A stretch of DNA of 64,000 nucleotides from positions 2,418,001 to 2,482,000 of the forward strand of contig CATNEN010000031.1 in the NCBI GenBank assembly GCA_950097015.1, given 5' to 3'. The notes under the pieces were generated by a model. That model worked only from the letters and a program-made list of their open reading frames with translations, was not told the DNA's origin and ran no database searches. The position numbers were made by a program, and so were the translations under genes. The stretch's first letter is position 1. The number at the start of each line of letters is the position of its first letter. Shown here one piece after another: positions 37,386 through 50,069 of this stretch. This stretch comes from Macrostomum hystrix. Taxonomy: Eukaryota > Animalia > Platyhelminthes.

Positions 37386-40300
37386 TTAATTATAGTCTTA
37401 TAATCCACTATATTTATATTTATCATATTTAAAAATTTCAACACTTGACTTCCTTTTTTAAGTGTTTTAAACAAAAATTTGTTATAAAAATTTTCAAGAG
37501 AGTTGTAAATTGTACTTTTTTGCTAATATATGTCTATAAGCCTATATTTAGGTATATTTGATCTTGACTGTATCATAAGTTTATAAACATGCTAAAAGAG
37601 CTTCAAAACTAACAAAAAAGAATAATTTCTAAGGTGAAATTTTCACAAAACTGAAGCACAAAGGGGTGTTCCATAAGTCAATGCACATTTATAATTTCAG
37701 GCATTTCTGGCTGAACAGAAATATTCTGAATGTGGCAATTTAAAAGGAAAATTAACTGCCCATGAAAATTACTTGCTTTTTATTCATATAATAGCATTCT
37801 TAATATACTTTACTGCTGGTGCCCCACCCCCTGTACTACTGTTTTGGACTCTTATTGTCAAGATGAGCTCAGTGCACAGCATTGAGAGTCAACACAGCCA
37901 GATTGCTGACCATTTTCAAGAGCAAAATGGAGACAATGGTCCTAATCTGAGGACCATGTATGGCAAAATTGAACAATTCAAGACTGGCTAGCTAACAGTC
38001 TGTGACCAGCAGTCATGTTTGGGTAAGAAAGGGATCCTAGCATCCAAGACACTCATGATGAGGATGTTGTTTGATTGATCTGGCCCACTCACAATTGGGT
38101 TCTTGGAAAAAAGGCTGATGATCAAGACTGACCACTATGTGCTACAGTATAGAAATGCAAGGTGGACATCTAAAACAAACATCAGTCAAGTGAGAAGCTA
38201 TAACTCCCCACTAAGACAATGCCTGCCCCTACATGGCCAGGAAGACAGTGGAGATTTTGAGCAGGCCTACTTCAAGCTGTTCTCACACCCACCTTATTCA
38301 TCACCAACTGAATTTGCCATCTTTCTAAAAATTGAAAAACTTCTGTGCAGAGGAATCTTTGCTTCTCGGCACTTTGACTTGCCAAGTTTTCATTTGTGAG
38401 ATGACAAACTTAGATTTTGCTAATGCTATTGATGCACACTTGATGGCAGAAGTGTGTTAAGTGTGTTGGCAACTGTGTAAAGATGTCTCAGTCTTAGGAC
38501 AATGTTTGTTGAATATTTTTTTCTGTTCTTTATCTACTTCAAAGCATTACAGACACTTTGTTGATGTAAATGTCAGATTTTAAGCTGTTGTCTATGGCAC
38601 TTTGTATAAGTTAACAGGGGGGCACAAGAATTAAAATAACTTGAGAATTCCAATAGATATATAAATAAACAGCAAGCCATTTTCAAAATTATTATTTTCC
38701 TTTTAAACTGCCACATTTAGAATATTTCTTATCAGCCAGAAATAGCTGAAATGTAAAAGTGCTTTGACATTCTGGATACCTTTTGTATTATAATTTACAA
38801 AATTCAGTCTCATTATTTTGTAAACCTGACATGACAACAAGATTAATTGATTAATTAAGAAGGCAAATGCTTTCTGTGATACCAATGCAACTGAAATGAA
38901 AAAATCATCAGTTAAAATATGTAATCACAAATGGTGGACATGGTGGTGATAGTAACTTATGTGAATTTGTTGGGGAGAATAAGAATAATATTTAAGTTGA
39001 TTTTGTTAATCAATAACAAGAGCAGGTGCATGGACATTCAGCCATCCTTGGCTACACTTAGAAAATTATTATAAACTGAAGTCTATTATGTCTGATGCCA
39101 ATGCCATATTTGTCTGCTAGCTGAGCAATCGAAATGAGCGATAGGCTATAGAGTGATATTTGCTACATGTCTATAGGATCTGCAATTGTTTTCAAATAGG
39201 TCATGCCAAACCAAAAAAGCCAAACCTAAATAGAAATAACTATTGCAAAAAACATGTAGGCACTTTGAAAGAGAAATAATGGGTATAAGGTGCCTACCAC
39301 CAGAAAAAGGAAAAATTGGAAGCAAAAAACAGTGCTTCTGGCTCAAAGCCAGGTTGCACTTTAGGCCTAGTGAGCCCACTAGTTGAGTGCTGCTTTTGAA
39401 GCTAAGCTCAATGTGCAAAAAGTTCTGGAATGAAGCAAGAAACTTTTTGTGCATTTGAACAAGTAAGTTTAATTAATATTAAGCTTTAATTTGGACATCT
39501 TATTTTGCATTTTCATTTGTTAGTTGTAACATATTTTACACTTTGTGCTTTATGTTGGTATTTGTATATTCAGCAATTGTCACTTTCATGCTTCTATTTT
39601 AATCTGGCAATAGTGCACTTTCATTCGCGAAATTATTTTTTGTTTAAATTTAAAACTTTGAAACCAGAAAACAATAACAATAAAAATGGATGCTTTGAAC
39701 AATTCTAACGATTGTGCCAGAGCACAGTGTCTCTTTTTAGCTCTTTGGTTGCTGAACTTACCAACTCGTCATTGTGTTCTAGTGGCGGACACAGAGCTTG
39801 TCACTGGCAGCTGGCAGCACTTCATTCGGCAGAATTATCCACGAGGGTCTTGGCGGTTGTCCAGCCATGATACAATATGTTGTCCAAAAGAAAAAGCAGA
39901 TATTAGCAGCTTCTCAGCTAAAGGGATACAGTATATGCCCCCCACTTGAGCCCCTTTCCAATTTTTTAAACTATTTTTTCCAGATTTTTTCCACTTGCGT
40001 TTCAAGTAGGCCTAGCATTTGAGCGTGGCACAAAAAAGGGATGGCACAGATTTAATGAAAAAATAATAATAGAGCATCCCACATGCATGCTTAAAGATTT
40101 CGACCATAGACTAAGACTAAAGCGTATATTAGCATATATTCTGGAATCTGGTTTATTCGTATAATGTTAAGCGTATATTCTGGTTTTGAACTTTCAAATT
40201 TAAACTGAAAAATAATTTTGCAAATTAAAGTGCAGGCGATTTTCCTCTTTCGTTCGTTAAATTATTTTTTCGACAGAAACAAGTTGTGACTACTGAGTAA

Positions 40301-41577
40301 TGTCAGAAAACGACAGTAATGGGATGCTGGGACTTAAATTTTTCTCGGAAAGTTGGATGGAGTTGTTTAACTAAAGACAAACGGTAATGGTAAACGACAT
40401 GTATGTAGAACGTATGTATGCACCTAAAACGAATGTAGGTGCCACTGGGCGCCCAGCCATGTTGCAGTTCGAGTAAAATTTAATAAAATTTAACCGAGTA
40501 GGTGAGTAGTGCCATAGACATGTGTCAGCAGCAACCCCATGTCCTTTCCACTACTGCCACATCATTTTTTCAATAGGCACAATTTCAAATGCTGCCACGT
40601 CACTTTTTCGCGTCTACGCACCGATTCAAATCGAAAAAATAATTTAACGAACGAAAGAGGAAAATCGCCAAAGTGCACTATTGCCTTTAATCTTTATGTA
40701 ATTACATATAGGCCTAATCTTTGCAGCTTGTACAAAATAAAAATGCAGTTGGAAGTTTGAACTAATTATGTGACTGAAATGTGTCAGCATGTTACCAAAA
40801 TGTACCTTTCTTGTTACCAAAATGTCTGTTACTAAACTGTCCTGTCCCCTGCACCCAAAGCAGTTTATACAATTTGCCATCAGTCTAATTAAGATGTTGC
40901 CATGAACATGAGAATTCGAAAAGGTACAAGGTACAGCTTGCATTGCTAATCAACAAATATATATTTCTACAATATTTATCTATCATACATTGATTGTAAA
41001 AACCAGAGGCCTATTCTACAATTAAGATGACATAAGTGTTATATGTTGGGTATTATGTAATCCACACGAAAAATCCCGAATGAATACTAAACCATTCAAT
41101 TCGGCATTCGCATTCATAGCTTAATAAAAATATCTTTAGAACAGCGGTGTGTCTAGTGTGCGGGCCGATGATTATGTATACGTACACTGTCGTCAGTGTG
41201 ATTTTCAGGACTGCATATTCTACAGAAGCAAAAAAAAAGAAATTAAATTGAGAACGTGTTTGTTTTATATTTATTGTTTGCATCGCATATGCTAGCAATG
41301 CCAAGTCAACTATTTGACTACATAAATAAAATAATAAACAAGGTATTTGCACACAATTAACTATGACAAAATCAGCGGAATAACTTTTTGAAACAGTGCG
41401 TTTAAGTTATATAGTAAAACACACAAATGTAAAAAATCGCAACATTTAATAATATTCATTCGTTTTACCATTTTATCTTTGATATCATTCAATTAAAACT
41501 GTATCATGCTTTATTTTTTTGAGAATTCTTCGCATCTAATGTCGATTTTTGAAATGTTGAAAAATAATCTTCACTAA

Positions 41578-42700
41578 ATGACTCCAAGAAATAAAAATAG
41601 CATGCTTCTTTACCAACTGGACGACTTTGCCACCCACTTTTTCCGCCTGCAACATCAGCTACGTTGCATTCGGCGCCTCAAGCACACTCTCGTGCCGGGT
41701 CATCTAGTCTTGTACGTAGACTTTTCCGATAACTATGGCGCTAAATACCACAAAGAAGTCCAGGCGACATACTTTGGCGAGCAGAATCAGATTGTCGTCC
41801 ACTAGGGCGTTGCCTATCGGGGCGATCATCCGCCGTTTTCCTTTGTTTCTGTGTCGGCAGACCGGAAAAAAGACAGCTGATGGGATAGCCGCACACCTGA
41901 AGCCGGTGATAAGCCACTTTCTTAGTTGTACAAGGAAGAAGGCAGTGCATTGACGAAGGTTACAATGATATCGGATTCGGATTCGCCTTCGAGTCAGTAT
42001 CGGAGCCGGAAGATGATTTGCGTCTTTCAGCGTCTCATGCTGCGCTTTTTTATTTCAGACTGGTAATGGATTTATACTGTGGCTGGTCACGGCAAGGGTG
42101 CGGCAGATGGCGTTGGTGCAGCTGTGAATCGGAGATGCGACGCGGTGGTGGCTGCAAAGCGAGATGTTGTGACGCCGGAGGGCGTTCTGGGGGCTGTCAA
42201 AGGGGATGATGCTCTGCGTGTTTTTACATGTTGGTTAACTCGACAGATATCAAGGAATTTATACTGACCTGTTCTTATTGGTGAACCTCAATGATATGCC
42301 GGGCGCCGCTAAGATGCACCACGTGACGAGGTCTTCGGGGCATGGCATTATATATCTCGACCTTTGCTGTATCTGTACGGGAGCATCGGTGAATTGTACT
42401 TGCTTTAATGCACGCACTTGGAGCCCTTGGAAGTTGCCTAGTCGGAGGGGCAGTGATTTAACTGTTGCTGGCGTCACCACTAACGCTGATGCTGGCTCCA
42501 GCAGTGATCACAGTCGAGGTCGTGGCCGAGGGCGCGGACGAGGACGCGGACAAGGGCGCAGAGGACAAGGGCGTAGATATCATGAAGTAGTGCACACGGT
42601 TTCTGCTGCTTATCGGTGTCCTCTGCCAAGTGCAGCAAACGTGCAGGGAGTACAATGCGAAGGCTGCCCTCGATGGTTTCAATTTGACAACCAGTCTTAA
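41578..42700 (+). pseudogene. Decayed DDD-type DNA transposase, most like Sola2, with a C-terminal Cys cluster and PHD-like remnant
   Basis: Ordered motifs VDFSDNY..EVQATYF..H*GVAY; ISDSDSPSSQYRSRK; W*WIYTVAGHGKGAADGVGAAVNR; CCIC..CTC; VQCEGCPRWF. Stops at 41803 and about 42064, frameshift in the A-run near 41866. Family assignment is from recalled motifs only. Confidence 0.62.
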
Positions 42701-44036
42701 CCAGTCTTTTATTATAAACATCCTAAGCATCTTATAAAAACCTAATATCATGTATTTCTGCAATTTTTGTATCAGTTAGTCCGGACAAAAAAACAAACAA
42801 ATTCGTATTTGGAAGACATATTCGTCGATGTGGTGCTTTAAGTATATTTTGAAGATACAATGCCAGTAATAAACCATTTAGGTAAAAAAACTATCGCTCC
42901 CTTAACCAGTTTTTTTATTTCATAAATTTTCGTCTAAGCTTTGAGACTTTTTTCCTTAAGTTGTTAGAATCGAGCCTATCATGTCGTACGCATTTTTTCG
43001 CCTAGCGCAAAGGTGACGAAAATTTATATTTTATTCCCACGAAGTATAAATCAAGGACTGCAAAGTTTTAGTTAACAGGGACTGCTAAATACCAGAGTAT
43101 AGTAGTCCTTGGTAGTAAAAGTAAAGTAAAGCTTAACTACTTTATAAGTAAAGGTAACTACTAATATATTGTGTATCCCATTTACATATATCTCAAAATG
43201 TAATCCGGGACCTCTTTTAGGGCGGCATGATTCTAATATATCCGCATTGTGTTTTATCGTGCGTGCAGTTTTGGTTTGTTGTTGAAAAATGAGATGGTCG
43301 CCTTTTAAAGATCGTTTTATTAGCAAACTAGGGGCGGCCGTAAATATAGTTCTATCCAGGCCTATTTTCCAGCACATGCCCTCCTGCTTGAACTCTAACC
43401 GTCTCAAAACTTTTTTATCTCTCATATGTAATTTCTCCTGTCTTTTATCTCTCAATCGCATGTTTTAACAAATTCTCTATCGTCGCTGAGCAATATTTCG
43501 TCGCTAATTACTATTGCGTTGACATCCATGGAGATGTTCCACTCTGTTGATGGAGCCTTTCAGTGCCAACTGGACTACGCCAGCTCGTTTAGTTTCGTTC
43601 AATTTTGTCTGCGCACAGAGGCTATAGTTAAATAGCCTCCTCATGTTCATAACTGTTTGAATTTGCTAAAGCCCCATTGAATTTCCCAGCACTTCAGCAT
43701 TCAAATTCAGTATACTGTTGTGTATTGAACACGTGCCAGTGAATAAAATGCTGAGTCATTTTTTATAACTAAGGCGAGGAAAAAAAAATACTAAAAAGTT
43801 GGTGCCTTCCAGTTCCTGACGAACGTGACCTAATCAGTGTGGGTCATACGGCTGGGCTCTCACAAGAACCCGCTTGAGTATGCTCGCCCACATAGCCCAG
43901 AAAGCAGTCTTGGCTCTCCCTATAGCACAATCGTTTATGACGAAAAAGGCTTATAAAACTACGAGGCGAGTCTCAGAAGTGCGGTGGATTCGTTTTTCGA
44001 GATTTTTCCAGCCGCAAAGCGTTAAACAAATCAGAC

Positions 44037-47000
44037 ATGCGGCTGCTCTCGGCTCTGGCGCTGCTGCTACTGGCGGTTTTCCTGACCGCCGACGCCAAGC
44101 TGCTCAGTCGGCAGCGAAGGCGCATCGACCAGCTGGGTCACATGATCACGGCCACCACCGGGCACCACTATGCCGCCTATATTGGCTACGGAAATTACTG
44201 CGGACCGGGCGGCTCTGGCGTGCCAGTTGACAATCTGGACGCGTGAGTTGTCAATCAAGGACCACTAGGAGTAAACAAGAACAACTGGGAGTAGACAAGG
44301 ACTACTAGGAGTAGACAGGGACCACTAGGAGTAGACATGGACCGCTTGGAGTAGACAAGGACTACTGGGAGTAGACAATTCAAGGACTGTTAGGAGTAGA
44401 CAAGGACTGTTAGGAGTAGACAAGGACTGTTAGGAGTAGACAAGGACCACTGGGAGTAGACAAGGACTACTAGGAGTAGACAAGGACTACTAGGAGTAGA
44501 CAAGGACTACTAGGAGTAGACAAGGACTACTAGGAGTAGACAAGGACTACTAGGAGTAGACAAGGACTACTAGGAGTAGACAAGGACCACTGGGAGTAGA
44601 CAAGGACTACTAGGAGTAGACAAGGACTACTAGGAGTAGACAAGGACCGCTAGGATTAGACGAGGATCACTGGGAGTAGACAAGGACCACTAGGAGTAGA
44701 CAAGGACCACTGGGAGTAGACAAGGACTACTAGGAGTAGACAGGGACCACTAGGAGTAGACATGGACCGCTAGGATTAGACGAGGATCACTGGGAGTAGA
44801 CAAGGACCACTAGGAGTAGACAAGGACCACTGTGAGTAGACAAGGACTACTAGGAGTAGACAGGGACCACTAGGAGTAGACATGGACCGCTAGGAGTAGA
44901 CAAGGACTACTGGGAGTAGACAATTCAAGGACTGTTAGGAGTAGACAAGGACCACTGGGAGTAGACAAGGACCACTGGGAGTAGACAAGGACCACTGGGA
45001 GTAGACAAGGACTACTAGGAGTAGACAAGGACCGCTAGGATTAGACGAGGATCACAGGGAGTAGACAAGGACCGCTAGGAGTAGACAAGGACCGCTAGGA
45101 GTAGACAAGGACCGCTAGGAGTAGACAAGGACCGCAAGGAGTAGACAAGGACCGCTAGGAGTAGACAAGGACCGCTAGGAGTAGACAAGGACCGCTAGGA
45201 GTAGACAAGGACCGCTAGGAGTAGACAAGGACCGCTAGGAGTAGACAAGGACCACGAGGTGTAGAGGAATGGGAAACTAAATTTGTTAGAAATCGTTTAA
45301 GCAGCAGTTTTTCGCTGAAAAATACACTGAGGAGATTGGAAGCTTACATTTAATTATCACACAAAATGATGATAGTTTTGTACGAGTATAACAGGAAGCA
45401 CATTGAGGCTCTTTTTTGATAAAACTTACCGGTCATGTTGCTCTCACGAATTTTACAAAGCTTTATATACCGTTTTCTTTACTAGGCCTATATTAACATT
45501 AACAGCTGAGTCTGAGCACACAATAGTAAATAAATCATAAAACTAGAGTCTGGAGAGTAGTTTTAGAGTGTATATGGATCAATAAACTACAAGTGTAATT
45601 TGATCACTGCTCAGAGAATCGAGAGAGCAAAGAAAACTATTTTTTTCAGAGTGGTTTGGTTGTTTCAGGAGCTTAATGCATTTTTAGGCACAGGGGCATT
45701 GTAGACAAGAAGAAAAACAAAATATTAAATCTATGATTTTTAACTTTTCACAAAGAAGCCTGACCGAAATCTATTAAGCTATAAATAAGGAAACTATGAG
45801 TAGTATCAAACGATGAGTCTTTGATCTCATCAAACACAGTCACTAGATTTGTGCAGAAATGCAGTGTAGGACCAGCCTCCTAAACTGTTTCTAAGAAAAA
45901 GGAGAAGGAGGTTTTAGCCTAGTTGTTAGGGCGTCGGACTCACGACTTGAAGGTCGGGGGTTCGATTCCCGACTCCACTGAAACAGTTTGTAGCCTTTAG
46001 CAAGACACTTAACTCTGCAGTGCTTCAGTTCACCCAGCTGTTAAATGGGTACCAGCATTAGCTGGGATAATTGAAGGTGGGTGTGGCGTCCCCCCAGTCC
46101 ATGGACTGAACAGCTGTACGCAGTCTTCAGATGCGCTGCGCAATAGCTGCGGCTGTGCTGTCGGCTGCACATCGGGCCCGATTGGGGCAGGTGTAATCAA
46201 TTATCATTATTATAATTATTATTATTATTATTACTGTCCTTCTACTCCTAGTGGTCCTTGGTGTCAATTTGCTAGGCTTAACTGGCTTGTCTAAAAATTG
46301 TTCACTTTGTTCACGGCTAACCGTTTCACGCAGCTGCTGCGAGGTGCACGACCACTGCTACGCCAGAATGAAGCAGAAGAAGAACGAGGGCCAGTGCGGC
46401 CCGCGCGACGGTCCCGTGTTCAGCCCCTACCTGTCCAAGTTCAGCTATAAGGAGACTGGAAATGGCCAATTGCAGTGCGGTAAGAACTCATGGAAAGGTT
46501 CGGCAGGGAAAGTTTACTTGCACTTGGTGACAATGTCCGTTAAGTCCGAAAGACAACGAGGGGTATTTCAAGTGACCACTGCCCACTTCACTGCTGCTCC
46601 CAAACCGAATGACCGATTTTCGTGAAAGTCCACCATATGGATCAAACTTCTCCACCCATTACATTACAATGAATGAACTTTCAAAGCCGTGCGACGTCAG
46701 CGTCGTCGAGATAATTCAGCGATTCTTGTCAAAGACCCTGGTGACAAAGACAACTAACATTGTTCTGTATAACCATCTATAGTGACTCTCTATATTGATC
46801 AATGCTATAATGATTGACGGTAGAAAAAATGTGCATTTTTGGTGGTTTTCGCCACCAGACACCTCGTCGAGAATCATTGAATATCTCGACGGTCCAAATG
46901 TTTTGTGATTGTTGAAGTTTTTTCATCGAATAGAGCGGAACATTTTAGACCATGCAATAAAATTGTATGGCGATTGGTAGAATATTTTGGGAGATACAGA

Positions 47001-47380
47001 AAAAAGTAAAAAAGTTGGTATTTGAAATATTGCTTTGATTTTACTACTTTTGAAGAAATTTATCTACGATTCCACTATAAATGAGTCCACATTAATTTGG
47101 GTCAGCCTGAAAACTCTATATGCCTGAAGATGAAGTCGCTTCTTTCTATACTTAACCTTTTGCAGTTGACGACCGCAGCAGTGACTACCTGAACTGCCTG
47201 TACGAGCTGTGCCAGTGTGACAAGGTGTTCGCCGACTGTCTGCGCCCCATCAAAGACGAGTACAAGGTTGAGCACCTGAAGGACAGCCAGAAGTACCTGC
47301 GCAGTCTGGTGCTGCTCATCGAGACTGCTCCCAGCGTCGCTGATTGGGTTTGGCGCATTGTCGAGTCCCTGCTGGCCTGA
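44037..47380 (+). CDS. Secreted phospholipase A2 (group I/II/X-like), 188 aa, with signal peptide and basic propeptide
   Basis: Exons 44037-44242, 46334-46479, 47166-47380; Ca-loop YGNYCGPGGSGVPVDNLDACC, catalytic VHDHCY, C-terminal LCQCDK; signal peptide followed by RQRRR. Confidence 0.9.
44256..45255. repeat. 20-bp minisatellite in PLA2 intron 1 (CAAGGACYACTAGGAGTAGA)n
   Basis: About 50 copies with variant blocks; 44641-44760 is nearly repeated at 44761-44880. Confidence 0.96.
45905..46233 (+). mobile_element. tRNA-derived SINE, apparently full length, with (ATT)n tail
   Basis: A-box-like TAGCCTAGTTGTTAGG, B-box GGTTCGATTCC, central GCAAGACACTTAAC..CACCCAGCTGTTAAATGGGTACC block resembling conserved SINE central domains, (ATT)n 3' tail; second copy at 18895-19131. 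Confidence 0.87.
46670..46930. mobile_element. Decayed foldback/MITE-like palindrome in PLA2 intron 2
   Basis: 46705-46727 CGTCGAGATAATTCAGCGATTCT pairs with about 46870-46891; weaker pairing continues inward to a centre near 46785. Confidence 0.45.
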
Positions 47381-47644
47381 AAACATCTGCTCCGCTGCAC
47401 CGAATTTCGGCGCTCGATTTATTTTTTGGGTGTTTCGCAAATAAACACAATTGCCAAACAGTTAGCTAGAAATTAGCCAAATATAGCTGGCTTTACATTA
47501 GCGCTAATGAGGTGCTCTGTAGCACTGCTCAGTTTGAGTTGCTCGCGATTTTTATATCAAGATTTTGATTATCTTGGGTGTCTTATGATGTCCGAGGAAC
47601 ACCCAATGAGGAGTTTATAATGATCTCCATCTATACGGGACTTC

Positions 47645-48270
47645 AGAGCTGGCATCATCACCCAGTCCACTGAGCTTGCATCACCCAGTCCACTGAGCTG
47701 GCATCACCCAGTCCACTGAGCTGGCATCACCCAGTCCACTGAGCTGGCATCATCACCCAGTCCGCTGAGCTGGCATCATCACCCAGTCCACTGAGCTGGC
47801 ATCACCCAGTCCACTGAGCTGGCATCATCACCCAGTCCACTGAGCTGGCATCATCACCCAGTCCACTGAGCTGGCATCATCACCCAGTCCACTGAGCTGG
47901 CATCATCACCCAGTCCACTGAGCTGGCATCACCCAGTCCACTGAGCTGGCATCATCACCCAGTCCACTGAGCTGGCATCATCACCCAGTCCACTGAGCTG
48001 GCATCATCACCCAGTCCACTGAGCTGGCATCACCCAGTCCACTGAGCTGGCATCATCACCCAGTCCACTGAGCTGGCATCACCCAGTCCACTGAGCTGGC
48101 ATCATCACCCAGTCCACTGAGCTGGCATCATCACCCAGTCCACTGAGCTGGCATCATCACCCAGTCCACTGAGCTGGCATCACCCAGTCCACTGAGCTGG
48201 CATCATCACCCAGTCCACTGAGCTGGCATCACCCAGTCCACTGAGCTGGCATCACCCAGTCCACTGAGCA
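47645..48270. repeat. 23/26-bp minisatellite (CCAGTCCACTGAGCTGGCATC[ATC]AC)n
   Basis: About 25 copies; two length variants differ by one ATC. Confidence 0.96.
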
Positions 48271-50069
48271 GGCATTTTAGTCTTTTAGGGAATTAGTTAT
48301 CTGTGAATGAAGCCGAATTTCTTTAACTGACAACAGATGAAGAATCCCTCTGCCAGAATGTTGCACATAATCAGCTTCTGTGTATTTCAGACCGACAAAA
48401 ACAGAGGAAAGGTGACCTAGAAAAACGGTAAACATAATTTAGTAACTTAAACTGGCTTATAGAATTTCAAAATTTGGTGCAACTGCATTAACTCATGAAT
48501 CTATAACTAGCCTATGCACAAAGCGCAATTAAAACCGCGTTTATCGTTGTGTTGAAAGAAACTTATTGAAAAGAAGAGAAAAAGTGTCCATTACTGACAG
48601 AAAAATAAGTAACGAGCAGTTAAGAAAAATATCGCAACTGTATCATACTTTATACTAAAATAAATAGAGGCAGGTTGAGAAAAAATATATGGAAATGTAT
48701 AAATAAACAATAGAGAGGCAAAAAGTAGTGAAAACTGCAAAATAAATTCGTTGAGAATTGTCTTCTTGAGGATAGTGGGTCTAAATCTATATTTCGCTGC
48801 TTGCTGGTTCAATGCAAAATCTACATAAAACACAACGCCCAACCTTCAAAGTTTGATTGGTCAATGACTAAGTGTGTTGCTATTCTTAGAATAGCACGTG
48901 ACTTGAGCTCAGCCAATAGCATTTCAAAGGCTAAGACTTCACTATATATATTACAGTTTTTGGTAATGTCCCTGAAGTTGTCATTGAAAAAACTATCTAA
49001 AACTACTTTAACTACAACGATGAACAGACTTATACCACAATGACTCACTAACTTCAGTTTCAGGTAAATTATACTTAGGAATTCCTTGCCAAGCAATCAC
49101 AAAGCGATTGTAACATAACGAGTGAGTTTTGGTACCGTCACAATGAATTGATGTTATAAAAATATGGAAATAATTAGGTACAGAAGCATTCTCAGCTGCA
49201 AAAATAGCAATCAACCAATTGCAATGTACCTTCAAAAACCTTACGCCCAATACTAGCTTTATAGATAAAAATCTATATTGAAGGCAGCTCAGGAAAAGCA
49301 TAAAAATTCATGGCTGTTAAAAAGCTTATCCGAGCATCAAAGCCATAAAACCGATTGCTTATTTATGGTCGTCAGGCAACTAAGCCCCTTCAATTCTGCC
49401 CGAAAGCAGGAGTTATAAGAAAAAACGTTGACGAAATGATTTTTTTTGGGATTAGAATTCGTGTAATGAAATATGCAGTAAAAATGTTGGAACAAGAAAG
49501 CAATGGAAGAAATAAGTACATTGGGCAGACGACCTGAAGCCGTTAATGTCAAGAGAAAAACCTAATTTTTAGACGAGATTGAGAGAAAGGGAGGTTGGTG
49601 GGCGAGTAGCCAATGAGGAGAAAATGAGGGAATGTGTGAAGCAGCCAATCATGAGAAAATGAGGTCAAGGGTGAAGCAGCCAAAGGAGAGATAATGAGGT
49701 GGTGGGCGATGCAGCCAAACGAACGAACTAAAACGAACTAAACAGAATAGAACGGTAATGTAGTACATGAAATTGGAACAGATTTCCGGGAGCTGAGTGC
49801 ACCAATGCGGCTAAAACAATATAATCAACGGATTATGCGTGCGTTCGATGCGGAAAGATGAGACTGGATTATCGGCATCATCAATGGACGAATATTAAAG
49901 CAAAACGAGTCGCCAAATGGAACAGCAAACCAGCCAACTAGCTAACTGGCCAACACTCAGTCTTTCTCAAACGGAAAACACCAAACAAGACTCTGTGACA
50001 AATGAAGCATTGTTAGCTTGTACCCACCCCAAATATGGAGTCACGTCACGTGATCCATTCGCGCGCCGC

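Noticed and set aside
36600-40500. Possible decayed gene or transposon fragments in AT-rich DNA
   Set aside because: Short stop-riddled frames with no motif I could recognise
45910-45980. Possible tRNA gene (CAC anticodon)
   Set aside because: Anticodon and acceptor stems pair poorly, and the sequence continues into a SINE body present twice
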